Below, in pieces: positions 56,024 to 64,000 of a DNA stretch of 64,000 nucleotides. Position 1 is the first letter of the stretch. Every line of letters starts with the position of its first letter. The notes beneath the pieces are model-generated. The model did not search any database. It was not told the DNA's origin and was given only the letters and a program-made list of their open reading frames with translations. This DNA is from an uncultured Spirochaetales bacterium (GTDB lineage Bacteria > Myxococcota_A > UBA9160 > SMWR01), in assembly GCA_964494795.1 (NCBI GenBank), contig CAZBSV010000181.1, forward strand, positions 4,591 through 68,590, in the 5' to 3' direction. The translations under genes and the position numbers were made by a program.

Positions 56024-59000
56024 TCAGTCGTTCTCCCGCCAGTAGAGGGTGGCGCCATTGAGATCGATGTCTTCGGCTTCGAGCACCTCGATATCCGCAC
56101 CGCTCTTCTCGATGATGACCTTGTTGTCCTTGCCGCCCACACCGATCGAGACCTTCGGATCGGTCGGCAGGCCGGGCCCGAGCATCATCCAGCGCATCGC
56201 GCCGCCGCTGCCGTCGTCGAAATGGCCCTTTCCGGTCTGCAGATCGAAGACGTAGAGATTGCCTTGGCCTCGGGTCACGCAGGGGTCGATGTTCTCGGTG
56301 GGATAGAAGCTCGCTGCGATCACGTCTCCGTTGAAGATCTCGATATTGGTGACGAACTTCTCGCCATCGACGAGGCTGAAGAAGAAACCCTTGTCGCTGA
56401 ACGACTGCGCGGCTTGGCTCGCGCTGAAATCCGTCAGATCAGATTCTGTAATCGTCACCAACGCCGGCGAAGCGATCTCGTATGGATCCGAATCGATCAT
56501 CACGTAGAACCGATTGTTCTCCGTCGTATCCCCCGCGTCACCGCCAAAGGTGAGATTGCGGCGCTCACCGCTTCCGAACGCGACGTACAGCGTGCCGTTC
56601 CTGTAGGCGGCCGCGGCTGGGAACATGAAGTTCTTGTAGTAGGTGACCGCCCCGATCGTCGCGGGAGCCGCCGCGAAGAATTTCTTGAACGGCCAGTTCG
56701 GCTGGGTGCGAAGCCCGCTGCCGTCGTGGATCCGATCCTCGCCAGCGTCGTGGATCGACCATTTCCAGACATTTCCGCCCATGTCGCCCACGTAGATCAC
56801 GTCTGCGGCGCCGTCGTAATTGAGATCGAGCACGCTCGTTGTGCCCACCACGGAGTGGAGCATGTCTGCCTGGGGATCGGGAGCCAGCGCTGCGTCGAAT
56901 CGCTTCTGCGCGAGCACGCCACCGGTCTTCAGATCGATGACGTAGATCCCGCGCCCCTTGGTGGAGGCAGCGTCATAGATATTGGTGGAGCCCGTAACCT
57001 CCTCGGGGTTCGGGTCACTCGTCCGGTCGTAGCCGCCGGTCACGATTGCCACCCAGCGGTCGACCGTCGCGCCCGCGGCTCCGCCGTACCAATTCAGCCG
57101 GACCTTCGTGATGATCGGCTTCGACCAGGTTTCGCCCATGAAGGCCTGATCGGTGACGTTCGCCTCGGAGGGGAACTCCCAGACGTAGCGCGGAAACATC
57201 GGATCCGGCGGCGAGCCCGGCCAACCGCCGATCGGAGCGATCCCATTCGGGTTGGTGATGTCCAGCGCGAAGTAGTGATGCCCGCCTTCGCGCAGACCCG
57301 CGGCCAGATAGGTGTACCACTCGACGCCGACGGCCTGGTTGAAACCCACCTCCCCAGCAACCTGGGCGTCGATCCAGACATCCGCCGAGTTCAGGTCGCC
57401 GTCGACGTAATTGCTGCGATCGGTCGGACTGTCGACGACGAGGTTCTTGATCTTGTTCCTCGCCTCCCAGGGCATGTAGCCGAAGAGTTCCGTCCCAGTG
57501 CCCCGGTCGTAATAGGGAGGGGCGGGGTCGCCGACCGGCAGGTTCGGAACGATCCACGAACCGGTGTCGACTGCCTCGAGAAATCCGCCGTTCGTTCCCG
57601 CATACAGCACCCGATCGCGCCCCGCGTAATGGGTCTTGAAATCGGAGTAGCCGGGATCGCTGATCCGCAGGCCCGGTTGGCGCACCGAGACGGGATTCGA
57701 GTGAAAGATGTCGCCGAGTCGAGCGGGCCGCTCCTCACAGGCCACTGGGACCGCCACGTTGGCCATCACGCCCGTGCCGAAGAAGCAGCCTCTTGCGAAT
57801 TCGACGATCTCGTCCGCGAGGCCTTCTTCGGTCGTCGCGGTGCTCCCGTTGACGACGTAGTTCGGATCGTTGGGTGCTTGCGCGGGCGGCGCCGCGAAGG
57901 GGTCGACGAGCAACTCGGCGGCGCTGAGGCTCTGGTCGAAGCGCGGAAGATAGGCGCTCGACACTCCCGAGTTCGAGACGTAGAGGTTGCGCGACGCCGG
58001 CAGCGGAACTTCGTCGGCCGCGTCCCAGAAGTATGCAGCTCCCGGTTTGAACGGCCCGCTGTTGCACTCGGCGGGATTTGGATCCACGAGCGCGCAGACG
58101 CCGTTCCTGTCCTCGATGTTGCCGGCTGCGTCGAGCGTCCAGGCGCGGATGTGGCCCTCCCAGAACGCGCTCTTGCCGCGCGGGAAGAAGTAGCTCTGGT
58201 AGAAGTCGGCGCCGTCCGCGGTCCGCGCGGAGGGAACGGTGGCGGCGGTGAACGATGCGGCCTTCTCGATGATGTTGTTCAGCGACTCGACCAGCGCATA
58301 AAGCAACTGATCGCCGTCTTGCGCGGCGTAGAAGTTGCCGTTTCCGAGATCTGCGACCCGCTCGAGAAACACATTGGTCGCATTGGTCGGCCCACCCGTC
58401 CCGAAGCCAACCACGTAGGTGTCGATGGTCTGGTCGCCCTCGAGGTCCGGCCGGAAGTCCTTGTCGTACATGTATTTGGAGATGTCGTCGAGGTAGTAGG
58501 TGGCCTCGTCGGCGCTGCCGGGCTCCTCGGCTTCGGCATCGGCGTGATAGTTTCCAATCAATCCCGGCGCGCCGCCGGTTCCAAAGTCGGTAAATCCGAG
58601 AGCCGTATCCGTCGGATCGGCGTCGAAGTTGTCTCGAGTGGGCAGACCATCGGTCACGAGAATCACGAAGGCCTTTTCGCAGTCGTAGAGCATCGTATCT
58701 TCGAACCACTGAGCCGAAGCGACGGGGTTTCCGAACTTGTTGTACTCGTAGATCGGAAACGGGTTGCCGTTTTCGCCGAGCGGCATGTCCGCGGCGACGC
58801 GCGGCATCCAGTAGGTGTAGATCTGGAACAGCGTTTCGGCGAGCGGCGTGCCGTCGGTAGATCGAACGTTCTCGAGCTTGAGCGACGCTTCGAGCTGCGC
58901 GGCGTGGTTCGGGTTGGACCGACCGAGATCTTCCGAGATGAATCCGCCATTGGGGTCGACGTTTCCCACGTCCGCTTGCTCGCGGAACGCCGCCGATGCG

Positions 59001-59776
59001 AACCGCACGTTCTTCGGCTCCGCGAGGCAGAGCAGGTCGAGCAGGACCTGCTTGGTCGCCTCGAAGCGGGTGCGCCGATACATCTCCGCGAAGGCTCCAG
59101 ACCCGCCGGCCTGGGTACAGCCTTCGACGTCCGCGTCCTTGGTGGCGATTTCGTCGAGAATCGCCGCATCGGTCGCGTCGGTCTGGTCCAGCCCGAGGTA
59201 CCACATCAGGTAGCGGCCCGACCAGTAGGTCGGATTTTCCGGGCCGTAGACGGTTCGGTTGCCGCGCGCAGGGGTGTTGCAGTTGCTGTTGTTCAGATTT
59301 CCACTGACAGTGTTGACCGCGTCGGGGTCGAGCACACCGCCGGGATTCGTCGCATCGTCGAAATCCGCGGAGATCGTGCAGTAGCTGCCGTCCGGAACCT
59401 GGTCGGGATCGAAGGCGGGATGCCACTCGATCTGGTTCATCGACTGCGAGTTGTCCAGGAACAACACCACGTTCGGCGAGACCGCGGCCTGGAGCAGGAA
59501 GAGGTCGTCACCGCCGCTGTCGTCTTCCGGAGCCGGCGTCGGGGGCGGGGGAGTGGCAGTCGGCGTCGCGGTCGGGGTCGGCTTGGTGGTCGGAGTCGGC
59601 TTGGTGGTCGGAGTCGGCTTCGCGGTCGGCGTGGACGTAGCGGTCGGAGTCGGTCCTACGGGCATCGCATGGACGTTCGCCGGGAAAATGAGCAACAGCG
59701 CTGCGAGCGCCAGCAGCTTTGCCGTCGAACGCGCGAGCGCGTTAGTCGCCGAACTCGAACGGAGGGGTGCAGTCAT
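56024..59776 (-). CDS. pilY1: PilY1-like type IV pilus tip protein with N-terminal vWA domain
   Basis: ATG 59776 follows GAGGTG. Signal peptide AKLLALAALLLIFPANVHA, a Thr/Pro/Lys linker, a vWA MIDAS-like motif VVLFLDNSQSM and later ILVTDGLPT, and a C-terminal PilY1 propeller (VIYVGDMGGNVWKW, GNLYVFDLQTG). About 1250 aa. Confidence 0.8.
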   Translation of the reverse strand: MTAPLRSSSATNALARSTAKLLALAALLLIFPANVHAMPVGPTPTATSTPTAKPTPTTKPTPTTKPTPTATPTATPPPPTPAPEDDSGGDDLFLLQAAVSPNVVLFLDNSQSMNQIEWHPAFDPDQVPDGSYCTISADFDDATNPGGVLDPDAVNTVSGNLNNSNCNTPARGNRTVYGPENPTYWSGRYLMWYLGLDQTDATDAAILDEIATKDADVEGCTQAGGSGAFAEMYRRTRFEATKQVLLDLLCLAEPKNVRFASAAFREQADVGNVDPNGGFISEDLGRSNPNHAAQLEASLKLENVRSTDGTPLAETLFQIYTYWMPRVAADMPLGENGNPFPIYEYNKFGNPVASAQWFEDTMLYDCEKAFVILVTDGLPTRDNFDADPTDTALGFTDFGTGGAPGLIGNYHADAEAEEPGSADEATYYLDDISKYMYDKDFRPDLEGDQTIDTYVVGFGTGGPTNATNVFLERVADLGNGNFYAAQDGDQLLYALVESLNNIIEKAASFTAATVPSARTADGADFYQSYFFPRGKSAFWEGHIRAWTLDAAGNIEDRNGVCALVDPNPAECNSGPFKPGAAYFWDAADEVPLPASRNLYVSNSGVSSAYLPRFDQSLSAAELLVDPFAAPPAQAPNDPNYVVNGSTATTEEGLADEIVEFARGCFFGTGVMANVAVPVACEERPARLGDIFHSNPVSVRQPGLRISDPGYSDFKTHYAGRDRVLYAGTNGGFLEAVDTGSWIVPNLPVGDPAPPYYDRGTGTELFGYMPWEARNKIKNLVVDSPTDRSNYVDGDLNSADVWIDAQVAGEVGFNQAVGVEWYTYLAAGLREGGHHYFALDITNPNGIAPIGGWPGSPPDPMFPRYVWEFPSEANVTDQAFMGETWSKPIITKVRLNWYGGAAGATVDRWVAIVTGGYDRTSDPNPEEVTGSTNIYDAASTKGRGIYVIDLKTGGVLAQKRFDAALAPDPQADMLHSVVGTTSVLDLNYDGAADVIYVGDMGGNVWKWSIHDAGEDRIHDGSGLRTQPNWPFKKFFAAAPATIGAVTYYKNFMFPAAAAYRNGTLYVAFGSGERRNLTFGGDAGDTTENNRFYVMIDSDPYEIASPALVTITESDLTDFSASQAAQSFSDKGFFFSLVDGEKFVTNIEIFNGDVIAASFYPTENIDPCVTRGQGNLYVFDLQTGKGHFDDGSGGAMRWMMLGPGLPTDPKVSIGVGGKDNKVIIEKSGADIEVLEAEDIDLNGATLYWREND

Positions 59777-60120
59777 TCGGTCACCTCGGGCACCTTCCGG
59801 TCCTGTCAACGGCCGGTTCGTCGCCTATCAACGACCGGTTCGTCGCACGAGACGCAGCTGAGCGCGACGAAGTCGGTCGCTCGATCCAGCGGCATCTCGA
59901 AGACGCTGTGGTGCAATTCCCTCATCGGATTTCTCGGCCAGCCACTTGAGTGAAAAACGGGCGAAGTTGATCGTGCGTAAGCGAGTCGCGCTTGAGTTGC
60001 GCGTTGCCGGTTCGGCTTCGCCGTTGCCGGTTCGGGTTCGCGATCGGGCCGCTGCGCGCGATGCTTCGCGCGGCCTGCCGCCCGCGCGCGCAAGCGTCAA
60101 CTTGCGGGTCCCGCGGGCCG

Positions 60121-62100
60121 ATGACGGAAGTGCCCGAGGAGACTCTCGATCTTCCCTCTGCGGGCGGTGGAGCGATGGAGCGAAGAGAAGGCCGGCGAAT
60201 CAAGCGCAGGCTCACCTGCGAATTCTTCCACGGGGCGAGCGTCCACCGCGGAATCATCCTCGATCTCTCTGCCGCGGGAATCTTCATCCGGACCAACGCG
60301 GTGCTTGCACCCGGAACGGAGATCGACATCTACCTGGCCGTCTCGGTGGCGGCGCCAGCCATGACACTGCGGGGAAGCGTGGTGCGCCGCCGTTCGGTTC
60401 CGGCCACGCTCACCACGTTGATCCAGCCCGGGATCGGGGTGAAGATCACCGAAGCGCCGCGCGAATACGGTCTGCTCACGCAAGACTGCGAACTCGATGA
60501 CGCAATCCAGATCGATTACGACGCTACGGCGCAGGATGCCGACCAACACGCGAAACAGAATCCGCCAGCGACCGCCGCGAATGCGAGCACTGGCAAGAGC
60601 GAACGGCCCTCTCAGCCGCCAGCAAGCGCGAAGGCTGCGGAGAAGTCGGATGTTCTCGAAAAGTCGGATGCTTCAGCAGACACGAGAAAGGGACACTCCG
60701 AATCGACCCGCGCGCCGCTGAAGCGCAAGCCGAAGCAAGAAGCCGCTCGGAGCACGCACAGCGAGAAACCCAAGGCGCCGCGCGAGTTCATCGCTGTGCT
60801 CGTCGGGGGTTCTGCGCTCGACGAGATCGCCGAGGTCTTGACAGGGATGGGAGTCAAGGTCGTTCGCTGCGGCCCCTACGACCCCCAGCTCGCCGCGCTC
60901 GACGACGCCCAACTCCTCGTGGTCAGCGCGGAGATCGCGATGTCGGACCCGCTCCCCGTCGATACCGACATGCTCGTCGGAATCGCGGTGTGTGGAGAGA
61001 TCTCGGAAACCATGCGCTCGCAGATCCGCCAGCAGGGTTTTCGCTACCTGCTGCGCCCGCACCTGCACCCCGAAGCGCTGCGACTCCTGCTGCGCTACGC
61101 GGTCTACGCGGAGCGCGACCGGCGTGGACGGGTGCGCCACCCGGTGGGATGCGAGGTGAGCTGGCGCGTCGGCTGGAAGCGAAGTCGCGGTCGTCTGCTC
61201 GATATCTCCCGGGGCGGCTGCTGCCTGCTGGTGGAGAACAGCCCGGACGTCGACGCGCGCATTTCGATCAAGATCCCGCCTGAAACCGTTGGCGGCCCTG
61301 CGCTCAAGCTTCGCGGCAGAGTGCTTCGCCGCACCGCCAACGCGGCGCACAGCGGCAGGCAGCGGACTGCGCTCGGGATCGTCCTCGACGACCTGACGGC
61401 CCCGGCCCGCAAGCTTCTGGCCGAGCTCTGCGAGAGATGGAGCGAGAGTCCGCCCATGCTGCCGCGCGACGACTGGGCGGAAGTTCGCGATTCCTACACC
61501 GAGCCTTCCGACTCACACATCGATGATCGGAACGCTGCGGCTCCCAGATCAGAAGGGAAACCGGAAGCCGCTGCAGAAGCGAAACCGGAAGCCGCCGCAA
61601 GCCAACCGGAAACCCCCGCAAGCCGACCGGAAGCCGCCGCAAGCCGCCGACCGGAGACTTCGACCGAAGACCGCGTCGATGCGCGCATCGACGGTCCTTC
61701 AGCGCGATCCACTTCACGCGAAGCCGGGCGAGCGGCGCGCCGCGCCGTGTTCGAGAGAGAAGTCGTCGAAGTCGACGAGCAGGCGCGCGTCGTCCAGGCG
61801 TTGCTGGGTCGCGATCTTTCGGTCGAGGGGATCCGCGTGGTGCGCCAGCTCGGACTCAATCCCGGCAACAAACTCCGACTCGCGCTGTTCGACACCTCGC
61901 AGCGAGAACCGCTGATGCTGAACGCGGAGGTCTCCAGAGACGACGGCGGCAGCGGACTCTTCCTGCGCTTCGTCGATCTGTCCGCGGGAGCGATCGCGCG
62001 CATCGAAGCGATCGTCGCACTGCTGCCTGCGGTCGAGTCAATCGATCCACACGGCGATGCGGGAGTGATACCGGCGGGCGTCGTCTCCAACCACGCCTGA
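60121..62100 (+). CDS. multi-PilZ-domain protein (three PilZ-like modules)
   Basis: Read in the frame of track ORF 59992..62100, with ATG 60121 preferred. Module 1 is RRIKRR...GIILDLSAAGIFIRT. Module 2 is RGRVRHPV...GRLLDISRGGCCLLV. Module 3 is degenerate: RRAVFERE...GRDLSVEGIRVV. The linkers are low-complexity Ala/Pro/Glu/Lys repeats. Confidence 0.7.
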   Translation: MTEVPEETLDLPSAGGGAMERREGRRIKRRLTCEFFHGASVHRGIILDLSAAGIFIRTNAVLAPGTEIDIYLAVSVAAPAMTLRGSVVRRRSVPATLTTLIQPGIGVKITEAPREYGLLTQDCELDDAIQIDYDATAQDADQHAKQNPPATAANASTGKSERPSQPPASAKAAEKSDVLEKSDASADTRKGHSESTRAPLKRKPKQEAARSTHSEKPKAPREFIAVLVGGSALDEIAEVLTGMGVKVVRCGPYDPQLAALDDAQLLVVSAEIAMSDPLPVDTDMLVGIAVCGEISETMRSQIRQQGFRYLLRPHLHPEALRLLLRYAVYAERDRRGRVRHPVGCEVSWRVGWKRSRGRLLDISRGGCCLLVENSPDVDARISIKIPPETVGGPALKLRGRVLRRTANAAHSGRQRTALGIVLDDLTAPARKLLAELCERWSESPPMLPRDDWAEVRDSYTEPSDSHIDDRNAAAPRSEGKPEAAAEAKPEAAASQPETPASRPEAAASRRPETSTEDRVDARIDGPSARSTSREAGRAARRAVFEREVVEVDEQARVVQALLGRDLSVEGIRVVRQLGLNPGNKLRLALFDTSQREPLMLNAEVSRDDGGSGLFLRFVDLSAGAIARIEAIVALLPAVESIDPHGDAGVIPAGVVSNHA

Positions 62101-62173
62101 ACGTGCCCGGCCTGCGCGCCTGAACGTGCCCGGCCTGCACGCCTGAGCGTGCCCGGCCTGCACGCTTGAGCGG
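62095..62173. repeat. 23-bp tandem repeat, about 3.4 copies, starting at the last codon and stop of the PilZ gene
   Basis: GCCTGAACGTGCCCGGCCTGCGC (62095-62117, containing the TGA stop at 62098-62100), then copies at 62118-62140 and 62141-62163, and a partial copy to 62173. Confidence 0.9.
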
Positions 62174-62386
62174 ACCCGCCGCGCCCCACATGCGGCTGAG
62201 CGACTGCCCCCAAGTGTCGCACGGGATCGCGATTCGCTGCGAGATTCGCGATCGCATCGCGGCACATACCTTGCATCGCGTTGGGCAGACCCACAGGGTC
62301 GGAAACGGCACCCCGCTCGGCGCATCGATCGAGCTCCGGGAAGTCTGGTTTCGACACCGACTCTTGTTCAGGGATCCGAGCAGTCG

Positions 62387-62824
62387 ATGGAAACGCACGA
62401 GGCCATACTTCGCGACCGATTGAGGCGCGCCGCCGACCAAATCCAGGCGCAGCACAGGCGACTCGAACCTCTCGTCGACGATCTGAGCCGAGCGCTTGCA
62501 AACCAGGCCTGCCGCGAAGCGCAGACCGCGGCGTTCCGATTCGAGGGTGCACTCAAAGCCCATTTTCTACTCGAGGAAGAAATCGTGTTTCCCGCGATCC
62601 GCGGATTCTGTCCGCAATCGACTGCAGAACTCGAAACCTTCACCGGCGATCACCGGCGCATCGGCGCCGGCATCCAGGCAGTGATCGGTTGGATTCTGGA
62701 ATCGCGGCTCGAACACGCCGCCAAATCACTCGAGTCGTGCTGGCACGTCATTCAGGACCACGAAACCCGCGAGGAGACTTTTCTAAACGCCCTTGACTCG
62801 GCGGCACGTGACCGCACCCTCTGA
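62387..62824 (+). CDS. hemerythrin-like (HHE cation-binding) domain protein
   Basis: 145 aa with spaced His/Glu ligand candidates: QAQHRRLEPL, LKAHFLLEEEIVFPAI, TGDHRRIG, CWHVIQDHETREE. Confidence 0.7.
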   Translation: METHEAILRDRLRRAADQIQAQHRRLEPLVDDLSRALANQACREAQTAAFRFEGALKAHFLLEEEIVFPAIRGFCPQSTAELETFTGDHRRIGAGIQAVIGWILESRLEHAAKSLESCWHVIQDHETREETFLNALDSAARDRTL

Positions 62825-62827
62825 CGC

Positions 62828-64000
62828 ATGCCTCGCTCCGGCGATCTCGAGCAACGCCTCAGCTACCTGGATCTGCGCACTCCCGACCTGGAGCGCCTCG
62901 CTGCACTGCGGCCGGTGCTCGAAAAGAACGCGGCAGGGCTGGTCGATTCCTTCTACCACCAGCTGCTCGCCTTTCCCACGACCCGCCAGCTCCTCGGGGA
63001 CCCAGCCGTCCGGCAGCGACTCGTGGCCGCCCAACGCGACTACCTGCTCAGCCTCGCGGGACCGACGATCGACGACGCCTACCTCGAGCGGCGCCGACTG
63101 ATCGGCGAGGTCCATGAGCGAATCGGACTCGAACCGCGCTGGTATCTCGGAGCGTTTGCACTCTACCTCTCACTGCTGATTCCACTCGTACACGAAACCC
63201 ATCCGCACGATCCCGTCGAGGCGAGTCGAACGATCGTCTCGCTTCAGAAACTGATCTTTCTCGACGCGCAGATTGCGATGGAAGCCTACATCGACCACCA
63301 ACAGCGACAGCTCCAATATTTCACCGGCGAAATCGCAAAGGAAGGCCGACGGCTCGCGCGAGATTTCGAAGATCAGAAGATCGAGCTTCAGCTCACCGAA
63401 AATCGCGCGCGAGCCGCGGAAGAGCTCGCGTCGGTGGCCACGCTGGTTGCGGGCCTCGCGCATGAAATTGGTACGCCGATGGGCGTGATCCAGGGCCATG
63501 CCAATCAACTCGAATCCGCAGTCACCGACGAAGACGCAAAGTGGCGATTGCGGACGATCCAGGAGCAGGTGGGCCGGATCTCGAAGATCATCCAGACGCT
63601 TCTCAACATGGCTCGACCCGGAAAGACACAGCACGTGCTGGTCTCGCTCGAATCGGTGATCGAGACGACCCTTGCCTTCTTGACGGAAAAGTTTTCGCGA
63701 CGCGGTATCGAGGTTCGAACCGAGCTTGCTTCCGCACCGAGTGTGCGCGGAGACCCCGAGCGCCTGCAACAGTTGCTCTTGAATTTGTTCATCAACGCCG
63801 TGGACGCGATGCCGGGCGGCGGAGAATTGCGGGTCGCTTTGGCGGTCGCGGCCAACGGCGAGATCGAGATTGCGGTTGCGGACAACGGCCAGGGCATTCC
63901 TGAGCGGGATCTTCCGCGAATCTTCGAGCCGTTCTTTACCTCGAAAGAAGCCGGCACCGGAAACGGCCTCGGCCTGATGGTCGCCAAGGGAATCATCACC
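62828..64000 (+). CDS. globin-coupled sensor histidine kinase (protoglobin domain + HisKA + HATPase_c); 3' end outside the window
   Basis: Absent from the ORF track because there is no stop in the window. My translation from ATG 62828 (4 nt after the hemerythrin stop) reads [56 protein letters not shown]...[26 protein letters not shown] (globin-coupled-sensor signature with proximal His). It continues with H-box [15 protein letters not shown]-box [14 protein letters not shown] and G-boxes DNGQGIP...[10 protein letters not shown], and stays open to base 64000. Confidence 0.85.
   Translation, partial: MPRSGDLEQRLSYLDLRTPDLERLAALRPVLEKNAAGLVDSFYHQLLAFPTTRQLLGDPAVRQRLVAAQRDYLLSLAGPTIDDAYLERRRLIGEVHERIGLEPRWYLGAFALYLSLLIPLVHETHPHDPVEASRTIVSLQKLIFLDAQIAMEAYIDHQQRQLQYFTGEIAKEGRRLARDFEDQKIELQLTENRARAAEELASVATLVAGLAHEIGTPMGVIQGHANQLESAVTDEDAKWRLRTIQEQVGRISKIIQTLLNMARPGKTQHVLVSLESVIETTLAFLTEKFSRRGIEVRTELASAPSVRGDPERLQQLLLNLFINAVDAMPGGGELRVALAVAANGEIEIAVADNGQGIPERDLPRIFEPFFTSKEAGTGNGLGLMVAKGIIT

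Noticed and set aside
56222-59953. 1243-aa ORF on the plus strand
   Set aside because: It is the mirror frame of the PilY1-like gene. The minus-strand product has a signal peptide, vWA and PilY1 motifs. The plus-strand product is Arg/Val/Gly-rich noise.
62224-62262. Possible operator palindromes (GATCGCGATTCGC ... GATTCGCGATCGC) upstream of the hemerythrin gene
   Set aside because: They are built from short self-complementary CG-rich words (TCGCGA, GCGATCGC) that are common in this genome. There is no clear dyad with defined spacing, so they are too weak to call.

Overview
GC-rich (about two-thirds G+C by eye) chromosomal window from a diderm bacterium. The gene content (BamD, OmpA/Pal-like protein, OprO/P-type porin, type IVa pilus genes, a PEP-CTERM protein, a globin-coupled histidine kinase) resembles Myxococcota or other delta-proteobacteria-like lineages, but taxonomy cannot be fixed from the sequence alone. 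All calls rest on reading the ORF translations and the DNA by eye. No database search was run. Start codons are chosen from RBS and N-terminal logic and may be off by a few codons. About 55 protein genes are supportable. Most are housekeeping: pilT, alaS-ispG, cvpA, bamD, CDP-alcohol phosphatidyltransferase-DUF1844-ispE, prs-rplY-pth, nhaA, a pdxR-like regulator with pdxS-pdxT, rpsF-rpsR-rplI-dnaB, a murein-recycling trio (ldcA, serine hydrolase, mpl), thiD, apbC/mrp, prpE, acetoacetyl-CoA synthetase, thiE, dus, moeA, serC, a porin and an LMF1-family membrane protein. Two accessory blocks stand out. (1) 30.2-41.4 kb holds a 1073-aa PEP-CTERM surface protein next to an envelope cluster of a DUF4384 protein, a TPR+beta-barrel outer-membrane protein, a secreted FecR-domain protein, a 1035-aa TPR-CHAT (caspase-fold) protein and a small OmpA-like protein. 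This is my best candidate for an uncharacterised system. (2) 52.3-64.0 kb holds a pilY1-fimT-pilV-pilW-pilX minor-pilin operon plus an Ig-repeat lipoprotein, a divergent triple-PilZ protein, and a hemerythrin gene directly followed by a globin-coupled histidine kinase (3' end outside the window). The window also carries an unusual density of short tandem-repeat arrays (units of 12, 15, 17, 18, 23, 41, 54 and 88 bp). Some sit in frame inside essential enzymes (pth, ispE). Some begin exactly at stop codons and re-copy the gene end. Others fill promoter regions. I recognised no rRNA, tRNA, CRISPR array, transposase or integrase. Many long ORFs in the track are antisense artefacts of the high GC content.
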